Of a DNA stretch of 64,000 nucleotides, positions 48,019-56,880 are shown piece after piece. Each line of letters starts with the position of its first letter. Position 1 is the stretch's first letter. Location of the stretch: IMG/VR virus record IMGVR_UViG_3300046170_000391; one strand, given 5' to 3'. The notes beneath the pieces were generated by a model. The model had not been told where the DNA came from. It saw only the letters and a list, made by a program, of their open reading frames with translations, and searched no databases. Source of the stretch: a virus. The translations under genes and the position numbers were made by a program.

Positions 48019-48654
48019 TTATTCCTCATAGTTAAAAAGGTTAAAGTCACTCCAATAGTGTTCTTCTATTAGTTTTTTCTGATTTCGATTTAGCTCAACA
48101 GAAATATTAGATACGTTTGCTCGTTCAAGAGTACATCCGTGAACACTGAGAAAATGCGTTAGGCTGTGAAGAGTTGCGTCAAAGTCATATATTAGTTTAG
48201 GTATTATATTAAAATTTTGATCACATAAGAAGCGATAAATGGGTTGGAAATGGTGGTTACACTCTTCTAAATTTCGATCTTTGAGAAGATGTTCAATAAA
48301 ATAAGTTAGGTTATGAACTCTTGCTAAGTTTATTGTTGAGTCTAGCTCTAAACAACGTTCAGTATCTCGTAATGCAAAGTGTTTATATAATGCTAATATT
48401 CTAAGGTAAGGGTGTCTTATAACAGCGAAATTATGTAATCCATTCGTCTCAGCATACTCTGGAGTTATATAGGTTAAATTTATATGGTGATGAACGTAAT
48501 AATAATCAGTAGAAGATTCATCATGTATCTTCTGTTTTATCAGAGCCGCTTTTACAGCAGTACAACCACACTTAGTAACTCCCCAATAATTAAGGTTATA
48601 ATCAGGGTATTGAGTTATATTGAAAAATTTACTTTTATCATACTTAATCATCAA
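48019..48654 (-). CDS. sulfotransferase family 2
   Basis: TKCGCT PAPS loop, IRHPYLRILALY, HFQP. Confidence 0.8.
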   Translation of the reverse strand: MMIKYDKSKFFNITQYPDYNLNYWGVTKCGCTAVKAALIKQKIHDESSTDYYYVHHHINLTYITPEYAETNGLHNFAVIRHPYLRILALYKHFALRDTERCLELDSTINLARVHNLTYFIEHLLKDRNLEECNHHFQPIYRFLCDQNFNIIPKLIYDFDATLHSLTHFLSVHGCTLERANVSNISVELNRNQKKLIEEHYWSDFNLFNYEE

Positions 48655-49912
48655 TAAATTGTCTCAATTTTTTAAGTCGAACTTCAAAATTACTTTGATT
48701 GTGCTCAAAAGTAGGAATACATTTCTCTTCAAGTAAGGTAAATTCTTCATCTGACATTTTGATTAATTTTACACACTCAGCAAATGCTCTCATAATTCTT
48801 TCAAAGTCACTAGTAACGTTATCATAAGCCTCATCGATTAATGGGTGAAAAGATTTGTAACCAAGTTGATGAAACCACTTTAAAGTATCTTTTTGTCCAA
48901 CAACGACAAATATTTTTTCTGATGCTATATTTCTCCAGATTTTTTCTGTGATAAGAGGCCAGTCTATTACATTATTTGAAAAATAAGCCTCAACAACTAA
49001 ATTAAATCGAGTAGTCTCATGTGCTTTTGAAATGGTAATAAAATTGTCAGTTGTATGATTTTTTGCAGTTTTTAAAGCGTCTACTCTAACTTCAGAAAAA
49101 TTAGTATCGTTACTTGTAAGTTTCAACTGGTCATATAGTTCTGGAATAGTATCACCTTGATAATCTAAACTGACTAAACCATGTTTAAGTAAATCATAGC
49201 GATCTAATAAATAAGTTATAAATACGGCTCCAAGATGCTTATCTGTTCTTTTATTAAGAAGTAGATATCTTTTTGAATCATAACCGTCAATGAGGCCTTT
49301 GACGTCAGGATGATCAGGATGTTCATAATCCATTGGAGGTTTAAATCTATAAGATTTATTTTTTTCTTCGTCTCTAAGAACAAAAGTATCATGAACATCA
49401 TACAAGTGTCTAGCACAAAAATGAATTTCTAAGAAACTTGGATGACAATGAAAATTTATATTATCTGCAAATCTTTGATCACTGATGTTGATATGTATTT
49501 TATCATTTGGGAACTGAGTACAGTCTTTTAATGCTTCTACTAATTGAGTAAAATCATAAGAGTTAACAGGCTCCATAGTAGCATCAATAACTATTCTACC
49601 TTTACCCGCACGTAATGATTCAGTGACTCGTGGATCTATAAGAGACCAGAAACCAAAGTCGTCATGATGATTAGCAATTAAAGATCTTATTTGAACGTAA
49701 GGCTCTTGCATTAAAACAGGATATATAAAAGAGTCTACTTTATCTATCTCGTGAGGAGAAATAATATTAAGATCATCGATAAATATTTGAAACATCCAAG
49801 GTATTTGACGGCCATAATCTAAACAATTATGAATATCGTTATCAAAATAGCCGGTTGATTGAGGAAACCAGACATTGGTTTTCCAAGCATGATCATACAC
49901 GAGATTTATCAT
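48644..49912 (-). CDS. glycosyltransferase-like protein (GT10-like ITEK motif)
   Basis: NLVVE...ITEKIWRNI..IFVVVG..LGYKSF..DEAYD. Confidence 0.5.
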   Translation of the reverse strand: MINLVYDHAWKTNVWFPQSTGYFDNDIHNCLDYGRQIPWMFQIFIDDLNIISPHEIDKVDSFIYPVLMQEPYVQIRSLIANHHDDFGFWSLIDPRVTESLRAGKGRIVIDATMEPVNSYDFTQLVEALKDCTQFPNDKIHINISDQRFADNINFHCHPSFLEIHFCARHLYDVHDTFVLRDEEKNKSYRFKPPMDYEHPDHPDVKGLIDGYDSKRYLLLNKRTDKHLGAVFITYLLDRYDLLKHGLVSLDYQGDTIPELYDQLKLTSNDTNFSEVRVDALKTAKNHTTDNFITISKAHETTRFNLVVEAYFSNNVIDWPLITEKIWRNIASEKIFVVVGQKDTLKWFHQLGYKSFHPLIDEAYDNVTSDFERIMRAFAECVKLIKMSDEEFTLLEEKCIPTFEHNQSNFEVRLKKLRQFIDD

Positions 49913-50262
49913 TAAACTATTCTAAAGGTCTCTCTAACCTTTTCTGGACGTTTACGGATCATTTTACGTTTTTGAAGATCAGACATAACTTCATTAAATA
50001 AAGACATGCTCTCTTTACTAGTATCTGTATACTGATCAAGAGAAGTTTGTTGAATAACTAATTTTTGATGTAGCATATTGAGTGCAGTAACTAGATTAGC
50101 CGAGCCTATGACTCGGGAGCCTTCAAAGTCTCCTTCAGTGCGAGATCGCACAAGTTCCCAAGTATCATTTTCCCAGATCTCTCCAGAGTCGTCATCAAAC
50201 ACTTCTATAGGCATACCTTGAAGTATTTTCCATACAATACTTTTAGCGTCAACTAACTGCAT
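49912..50262 (-). CDS. hypothetical protein (start revised to MQLVDA)
   Basis: GGGAG SD 7 nt upstream. Confidence 0.55.
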   Translation of the reverse strand: MQLVDAKSIVWKILQGMPIEVFDDDSGEIWENDTWELVRSRTEGDFEGSRVIGSANLVTALNMLHQKLVIQQTSLDQYTDTSKESMSLFNEVMSDLQKRKMIRKRPEKVRETFRIV

Positions 50263-50311
50263 CGGCTTGCTCCCTACGGTCGCAGATTGAAGGCACACGC
50301 GTTGCGTAAAC

Positions 50312-50683
50312 CTAAGCGGCGACCCAATCATCGCGGTGCGGGTGTTGATAGAACCAGGCTAAAGCAACTCCTACATCACGGCAGACACTCTTCGAGCGTA
50401 AAGCTAAAACAAACTCACGTTTGAAGTTGAGCCACGGGTTACGACAGTTGTCAACAGGCTTCAACACAGCTATATCACGCTGGCTCCAGTGCTGACAGCG
50501 ACTTGCATATGCTGCCTCAGCGTTAAGTGAGCGCGTTGACTCGTCGAGTCTCTTTTCTAACAGTTGGAACAGCTCTTGAAAAGCTTCGCTTTTCTCGCTA
50601 TCACTCAGCTCTGAGATGCTAATGCGACGTGCGTTTCTAACTAAATCACGATATGCGTTCTTCGACACAAGCTTAAAATACAT
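50312..50683 (-). CDS. hypothetical protein
   Basis: Promoter TTGCAC-N17-TATTAA at 50698-50726; C-terminus VAA. Confidence 0.55.
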   Translation of the reverse strand: MYFKLVSKNAYRDLVRNARRISISELSDSEKSEAFQELFQLLEKRLDESTRSLNAEAAYASRCQHWSQRDIAVLKPVDNCRNPWLNFKREFVLALRSKSVCRDVGVALAWFYQHPHRDDWVAA

Positions 50684-50745
50684 TTTTTATACCTTTATTA
50701 ATAGCATGGTTTATGGGTAAGTGCAATCTAAAATTATTAAGATGT

Positions 50746-51060
50746 TTACTCGTCATATAATGGTTCTAACATCTTTGGCGGCATTGGAAATTTTCCCTTT
50801 GCCCAAAACTCTTTCTGGGAATAGAAGCGGGTCTTTGTAATTGACCGCCAATAAGCATTAATACGATGTACTGCACTGTTATAATCCTCATGAAAAGGTG
50901 CATCACGGATATCTAAGCGATTATAAGCTTGTTCCATCCACTCATGAGCTGTCCACGGCGACCAACGAGCAATATTTTCAGCTTCTCGTATAGTACGTCT
51001 TACACTCCAATCTACATAGCCTACGTCAGTTCCAAAAGGTACGGGTTTAGCGCGTGCCAT
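50746..51060 (-). CDS. hypothetical protein
   Basis: GGAG SD, 104 aa. Confidence 0.55.
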   Translation of the reverse strand: MARAKPVPFGTDVGYVDWSVRRTIREAENIARWSPWTAHEWMEQAYNRLDIRDAPFHEDYNSAVHRINAYWRSITKTRFYSQKEFWAKGKFPMPPKMLEPLYDE

Positions 51061-51267
51061 ATTTTACAGTCTCCATTACGTTATTTAAATGGTTATAGTG
51101 ATCAACAATGTCCACAATAAAACGAGCTGCAAAGAACTCGCCATGAGTATTTAGTAGGTCTCCATACTCCGTCATAATATGAGGTGCGTGTTGATTGAGA
51201 AAATTTTTAGCTTCGGGTAGGGTCGGTCTTTTATGCATAATGGTCCTTTGTTTAATTGTTATAAGTA

Positions 51268-51355
51268 ATAATATATAAAAATTTAGCAAATAGCAAGGCA
51301 AAGATTAGGTTAAAATGTGAAAGTTGTTGACTTGTCATATAATTATTGATACAGT
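51268..51355. promoter_or_regulatory. divergent promoters at the strand switch
   Basis: Minus TTGCTA-N17-TATTAT (51268-51296); plus TTGACT-N17-TACAGT (51327-51355). Confidence 0.65.
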
Positions 51356-51536
51356 ATTGCTATGTATGTAAATGAAAAAACACTCAAGACAGAAATAAGA
51401 GAAATGCAATCTACAGTGAACGAGGTTGCAAATGATCTAGGAGGAGATATTCGATATCTTCATCAAGAAATTACAGATCTTCGTAATGAGATAATTATGT
51501 TGCGTACAGATTTTGAAGAATTAAAGGAAAAAGTAA

Positions 51537-51812
51537 ATGCCAAATTATAAAGTAGTACTATTTGCTAATATTGGGCAAACTACTGAAGTTCAATATTTAA
51601 ATAATCAACGTCTTGAATTGTTAGATGCTTTTCCTACAATTACTGTGGATATAAGCAACTCATCTGATACCCGCTTACTGAAATTTGCTAAAAAAGGTGT
51701 GCGTTGCCCCTGTGCTATCATATTTAAAGACGGAGCTAAAGTTACGTCTAAACACGGAAAGCTCAATAATCAAGAAGCGATTAATTGGGTAAGAACTATA
51801 ATCAGTAGCTAA
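51537..51812 (+). CDS. thioredoxin-fold-like protein
   Basis: GVRCPCAIIFKDG...G pattern; no CxxC. Confidence 0.4.
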   Translation: MPNYKVVLFANIGQTTEVQYLNNQRLELLDAFPTITVDISNSSDTRLLKFAKKGVRCPCAIIFKDGAKVTSKHGKLNNQEAINWVRTIISS

Positions 51813-51813
51813 A

Positions 51814-52866
51814 GTGCCTTTATCAATCCCCAGTATTCCCCATAAATCAAGAATGAAGGCTCATAAACTTCAATACTTAAGAGCCATATCTGATTCTATG
51901 GATTATCCTTTTCAATCTGAAGATGGAAGAGATCCTTCTGCCTCACATCAAGAATTAACAGAAACTTGTGTTGAATATACTGACATACCTTACTGGCAGT
52001 TTACAAACTGTTGTACTGACTCACTACAAATCGCTTTTTCAATGTTGTGCAAAGTAGGAGATACAGTCATCGTACCTGCTTATGGTTGGAGAGCGGTAAC
52101 AAATGCTCCACAGTTTGTAGGTTTAAATGTTATATATTGTGATATTGATGAGACAGGTAACGTTAGTATTTCAGAGTTGCATCGTCTAATATATGAAAAT
52201 CAACCTGCTGCAATACTAATAATTCACAATTTCGGCACGGTAGTAGACGTATCAGAATTAACAGGTATTTGTGAAAAGTACGGTGTTAAAATTATTGAAG
52301 ACGCTGCCCAAGCATTTGTAATGAAAGAACCCTATGACTATAAAATTGGTTCTTGCGCTGACATAGTATGTTTTTCTTTTGATTTTACTAAATCTCCTGG
52401 TACCTTAGGTGCTGGAGGGGCAATAGCTACTTATAATCCAGATCATTTTACAAAAATTAAATCAATTTGTTCTCATATCACTAATGAGTTGGGAATTGGG
52501 ACAAAATCGTATTTAGATACTACTGCAGCAGCAGTGCTCAATTGTGATATAAAACTTATAGAGCAAATGCAGTATAGACAGCGTAGAGTCGAAGTTGCTA
52601 CTTACTATATAAACAAACTTCCTTATGAAACTCTGAGCGGAAAAAATTATATCTTTCATCGTTTTATAATTTTACCTGATAAAAGTGAAAAACAAGATCT
52701 AATTAACAAACTAAAGTCACAAAAAATTCTAGCTAAACCTGTATATAAACCTAATACAGATGCTTGTACTTATGCAAATAGATTCTACGAGAGTGCAATT
52801 GAGCTCCCTTGTCATCAGTTTATTGATGTAAATGACTTAAATTCAAGAATTGAAAAAATATTATGA
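51814..52866 (+). CDS. DegT-family sugar aminotransferase
   Basis: GDTVIVPAY, IIEDAAQA, FSFDFTK, ELPCH. Confidence 0.88.
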   Translation: MPLSIPSIPHKSRMKAHKLQYLRAISDSMDYPFQSEDGRDPSASHQELTETCVEYTDIPYWQFTNCCTDSLQIAFSMLCKVGDTVIVPAYGWRAVTNAPQFVGLNVIYCDIDETGNVSISELHRLIYENQPAAILIIHNFGTVVDVSELTGICEKYGVKIIEDAAQAFVMKEPYDYKIGSCADIVCFSFDFTKSPGTLGAGGAIATYNPDHFTKIKSICSHITNELGIGTKSYLDTTAAAVLNCDIKLIEQMQYRQRRVEVATYYINKLPYETLSGKNYIFHRFIILPDKSEKQDLINKLKSQKILAKPVYKPNTDACTYANRFYESAIELPCHQFIDVNDLNSRIEKIL

Positions 52867-53795
52867 AGATACTAATAACAGGCGGAATGGGTTTTATTGG
52901 AGCACACTTAGTAGCAGAATTAGGACGCACTCATGACATAGATATTTTAGACGGTTTTGATGAAAACTACGTAGGCTACAAATATATACATAGAGGGACA
53001 AAAGGTTTACAAGAAACTAATGAGATTGAAAAACGTCATAGAAAACTAAATCTAAAGTATAGACTTGATTTAGTAAAAGGTAAATTCAATCAATACTATA
53101 GAAAATGGAGTTTTGAAGATATTCCAAGAGCAAATTATGATTTAGTACTTAACTTTGGGGCTTTATCAGAAGCTATCTTATCTCAACATTTTCCAAAATT
53201 TACTTCAGATTCTATAGTGCAAGGATTAAATCTAATTAAATTGTACCTTCCTAAGACACCTGTCTTACATATAAGTAGTAGCATGGTTTACGGCACTTGG
53301 GAAGGAGTAATTGACGAGCAGTACTCTTTAGGAGCTGTGGACCATTACGGGGACAGTAAAATAAAGGCAGAAACTATCTGCGGAGAGAATGACGTAATTT
53401 TGCGACCCATACATGTTTATGGTATGGGAGATGGTAAATTCTCAATCTGGATGAATATAGAAAGACAGATTGCAGCTGCAAAACCTGTTATGGTTGAGAG
53501 GGCAGGATGTATATACATAGACGATTTCGTTTTAGCAATCAAAAATATTTTAGACAGATGGCGTCCTGGCATTTATAATATTTCATACACATTCACTAGA
53601 AATGCTGAAGCATTAACTAATACTTATCCAGAAACTTTTGACGTTCAATATAAGTCAGGACCCACGGGTAAACCTAGAGGGCTGCTAGATAATAGCAAAC
53701 TAATAAATACATTTAATGTGAACTTTAAGTTTACAAATTATATAGATACTGTGAGAGACTATTATAGAACATATGAAAATTTTTGTAAGAAATAA
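52863..53795 (+). CDS. NAD-dependent epimerase/dehydratase
   Basis: GGMGFIG, SSSMVYG, YGDSK. Confidence 0.85.
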   Translation: MKILITGGMGFIGAHLVAELGRTHDIDILDGFDENYVGYKYIHRGTKGLQETNEIEKRHRKLNLKYRLDLVKGKFNQYYRKWSFEDIPRANYDLVLNFGALSEAILSQHFPKFTSDSIVQGLNLIKLYLPKTPVLHISSSMVYGTWEGVIDEQYSLGAVDHYGDSKIKAETICGENDVILRPIHVYGMGDGKFSIWMNIERQIAAAKPVMVERAGCIYIDDFVLAIKNILDRWRPGIYNISYTFTRNAEALTNTYPETFDVQYKSGPTGKPRGLLDNSKLINTFNVNFKFTNYIDTVRDYYRTYENFCKK

Positions 53796-54102
53796 TGATG
53801 TTGGAAAAGCACTTCGCATCTTAAAGAAAAAATTACACAATGAAGGTGTAATGAAAGAAGTAAGAGATAGACGTCATTTTATTTCAAAAGGCGAGCAAGA
53901 TCGTTTAGCTAAAAAAGCAGGGGTTAAACGTTGGCATAAAAAACGAGAAGAATTAGAGAAACAATTTATTCGTGAAGAACGAAATATGCTACGTAACAGC
54001 AGGAAAAATAAAAGAAATGTTCAAAGATCTAACAAAAGTTCAAATCAACAGCGAACGCAACGCTACTCTAGCGATAAGAATAAACGATCATCACGTTCAT
54101 AA
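53773..54102 (+). CDS. rpsU: ribosomal protein bS21 with basic C-terminal extension
   Basis: VRNNDVGKALRILKKKL..EG..KE.RDRRHFISKGE. Confidence 0.85.
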   Translation: MKIFVRNNDVGKALRILKKKLHNEGVMKEVRDRRHFISKGEQDRLAKKAGVKRWHKKREELEKQFIREERNMLRNSRKNKRNVQRSNKSSNQQRTQRYSSDKNKRSSRS

Positions 54103-54355
54103 TCTTGTGCTAAGTTTAGACAATTTTGCTTTCATTCTAAATAAGAATGTCAATTCATGGAAAGGTTTAATTCATAATAAAACATGGGAGTTCAGAAAAC
54201 TTTCTGATCGTGTTAAATTATATGATCAAAGCTATGAATATCATTACCGTTTCTCCCTTGAAGAATGGGAAACTATAAGACAACAATTTGCAGCAGCTTT
54301 ACTTGAAAGTAATCTTGCTAAGTAGTTATTTACTTTTCTATAATACCTTATAAAT

Positions 54356-54616
54356 ATGGAGGTTTATATGAAAGCATACAAAGGTACGTTTAAAAAGAAA
54401 AATGGTGAATCACGTGATATGGTTTTTGCTAGACTATATGATTTACCGCAAAAGTTTCTTGACGAAAAAGTACAAGGAGCAGGTTCTGAGCAAAAATATC
54501 CAGAAGGTATGGAACTCGTTTGGGATCTAGAAGCAGATAACTTTAGAATTTTTAATTGGAAATCTGTAGATAACGACCCGAAAGAATTTGATATTGACGA
54601 AACTCTTTTTAGATAA
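54356..54616 (+). CDS. hypothetical SH3/WYL-like domain protein
   Basis: FKKKNGESRDM ... VWDLEADNFRIF; GGAGG SD. Confidence 0.55.
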   Translation: MEVYMKAYKGTFKKKNGESRDMVFARLYDLPQKFLDEKVQGAGSEQKYPEGMELVWDLEADNFRIFNWKSVDNDPKEFDIDETLFR

Positions 54617-54864
54617 TGAACCTTTTATTCTTGTAGAAACAGAAATTGTAAATTTTAAAGAGCTTAAAGCAGGTAATATTAACTTAATGTACTACATTAT
54701 TGAAATACATAATACAGAAAATGATGAAATAGGAGTAGTGACAGAAGAGATAGATGGTGAACAGATTATCAAAAAATTTGATACCTGGTCTAAGGCAAAG
54801 GCTATGTCTGGAACACTAAATAGAGATACCCCTGAAAATCTCTCTACTCACATAGTAACCATTA

Positions 54865-55239
54865 ATGAAACTGCTACAAAAGATAAAGAAGTGGATAACG
54901 ATTGACCATTGTGTTGATCTTGTCGTTGATATATTGTTAATTGTATGGGAAGTTATCAGTAGTCCAATACTTATAGCTATGCGTCTTATAAGGCACTTTG
55001 TAGGTGAGTGGATAACAGATAAAATTAAAGCAGGAGTGCGTAAAATAGCACACTGGTTTGAGCATAAAAGAGAGTATAGATTAAAAAACGGATATGGAAT
55101 ATTTCGTACATATTGGTGGTTAATTATTTCAAGTCCTATAATTATATTTATCAGTATTTTTATTGTAGCTATACTGTCAGGATTACACGAAGGTTTAAAT
55201 ATAGCTTTCGAAGAAATTAGTGCTTCGTTTGAGGAGTAG
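54865..55239 (+). CDS. hypothetical membrane protein
   Basis: Two hydrophobic segments. Confidence 0.55.
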   Translation: MKLLQKIKKWITIDHCVDLVVDILLIVWEVISSPILIAMRLIRHFVGEWITDKIKAGVRKIAHWFEHKREYRLKNGYGIFRTYWWLIISSPIIIFISIFIVAILSGLHEGLNIAFEEISASFEE

Positions 55240-55245
55240 TATAAT

Positions 55246-55714
55246 AGACGGACTGGACTCGGGGGCAGTACCCGACGGCTCCACCATAAACACAGGAATA
55301 ACACATGAAAGAATATATGTTAATAATCAGCATGTGGGGAAGTGATGGAAGCACAGAGCATTACATTGGTCAGATGGTTTTACAACAACCAATGAGTAAA
55401 TCTCAGTGTGAGTGGATGATTGAGGATGAACAGTGGGGTGCAAGTTTTGATAATGAGTATTACTTCTTTGCTAGACACTGTATGCCGAAAGATTGTGCTG
55501 GAAAAGATTCCTGTGACTAAACACTATTGGTGTGTTTATGATGGGGCCGAAATAGGATCGACAGACGTAATAAAAACAATGCCGAGAAGCAGGTGCGCAA
55601 GCGACCTCAACCGCAAGAAAACAAACAATTGCAAATGATAATTTCGCAATCGAGGACTACCGCATAGCGGCATAGTCTCACGGGGTATGGCTCCACCTAG
55701 CAACAGAACGGGCC
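55246..55714 (+). ncRNA. ssrA: permuted two-piece tmRNA (acceptor piece ~55250-55286; coding piece 55543-~55714)
   Basis: T-arm TCGGG-GGCAGTA-CCCGA and CGGCTCC-A-CCA pair with GGGGCCG (G3.U70); GGATCGAC; tag ANDNFAIEDYRIAA* at 55631-55675; CACCTAGCAACAGAA 3' element. Confidence 0.92.
55305..55520 (+). CDS. 71-aa protein inside the tmRNA intervening segment
   Basis: AGGA SD, full ORF, resembles small Cys proteins at 12720 and 13532; flanked by TAAACAC direct repeats. Confidence 0.75.
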   Translation: MKEYMLIISMWGSDGSTEHYIGQMVLQQPMSKSQCEWMIEDEQWGASFDNEYYFFARHCMPKDCAGKDSCD

Positions 55715-55737
55715 TTTACAACTCTTATGAGGATTAA

Positions 55738-56880
55738 ATGTTTAATTTTAATACAACTCCACGTTTAGTAATCGGCGCAAATAGATTACAGTTCTTAGGC
55801 ACACTTCTTTCCGACCTTGGAATCAAAAACCCTTTAATAGTGACAGGTCCTAATCTTGCAAAATCTAAAATCATAACTGAGACACAAAAATGGTCTTGGA
55901 CTGATAATGTATTCTGTGATTTAGTACAGGATCCAACGACTCAGAATGTGTTAGACTGTGTTGAATATGGAATAAGTAAAGACGTAGATGGAGTTATTGG
56001 TATCGGGGGTGGATCATCTCTTGATGTAGCAAAAGTTGCTTCTGTGTTATTAAAACAGGAAACATCTTTAGAAAACATTTGGGGTGTAGACAATGTTTAT
56101 AGTTCAAGACTACCTTTAATTCTTATACCTACCACCTCGGGGTCAGGATCAGAAGTTACCCCAGTTTCAATTATTACAACAGGTGAGACAACAAAAATGG
56201 GAATTGTTTCTCACAGAATCATTCCAGATGCAGCAATTCTTGACCCTCTTCTTACAGTTTCTTGTAACCCTCAACTAACTGCATATAGCGCAATAGATGC
56301 GATGGTTCATGCTATCGAATCATACACTTCTATAAATCCCAATAACAATCCTTACTCAAAAATGCTTGCACTTGAAGCTTGTCGCTGGTTAGGTAAATCA
56401 ACAAAAACTGCCATCTTAGAGCCAAGTAATATCGAAGCAAGAGCTAATGTACAATATGGATCTATGTTGGCCGGGCAGGCATTTGGTAATTCGCCAGTAG
56501 CAGCAGTTCATGCATTAGCCTACCCACTAGGTGGGTACTTTAAACTGCCACATGGTTTAACAAATACTTTGGTTCTTCCTGGTGTTTTAGAGTATAATCA
56601 AGAAAATACAGACTATTCAACTCTTGCTACTGCTTTATTTCCTCATGATGAAGGAGAAATATACTACTATAAAGGTGATGTTGTTGAAGTAATGTGCAGA
56701 AATATCAAAGAATTAGCAGAGTTAGCAGGAATCGAAACTCGAATGAGTGATTATGGAATCAGTGCAGAGCATATTCCAATGTTAGCAGAAGAGGCAATGA
56801 AACAATCTAGGCTCTTGGTAAATAATCCGAGAGAAATTACAGAAGAAGTTGCAAAAGAAATTTACTGGGAAGTTCTATAA
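55738..56880 (+). CDS. iron-containing alcohol dehydrogenase
   Basis: GIGGGSSLDVAK, PTTSGSGSE, DAMVHAIE, HALAY, HG. Confidence 0.93.
   Translation: MFNFNTTPRLVIGANRLQFLGTLLSDLGIKNPLIVTGPNLAKSKIITETQKWSWTDNVFCDLVQDPTTQNVLDCVEYGISKDVDGVIGIGGGSSLDVAKVASVLLKQETSLENIWGVDNVYSSRLPLILIPTTSGSGSEVTPVSIITTGETTKMGIVSHRIIPDAAILDPLLTVSCNPQLTAYSAIDAMVHAIESYTSINPNNNPYSKMLALEACRWLGKSTKTAILEPSNIEARANVQYGSMLAGQAFGNSPVAAVHALAYPLGGYFKLPHGLTNTLVLPGVLEYNQENTDYSTLATALFPHDEGEIYYYKGDVVEVMCRNIKELAELAGIETRMSDYGISAEHIPMLAEEAMKQSRLLVNNPREITEEVAKEIYWEVL

Noticed and set aside
55287-55524. Autonomous mobile element or prophage att site at ssrA
   Set aside because: The insert is only 231 bp and no integrase or transposase is present in the window; treated as a passive cassette.
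55420-55638. 72-aa plus-strand ORF (and antisense ORF 54816-55304)
   Set aside because: They overlap the tmRNA pieces and better-supported genes; shadow frames.
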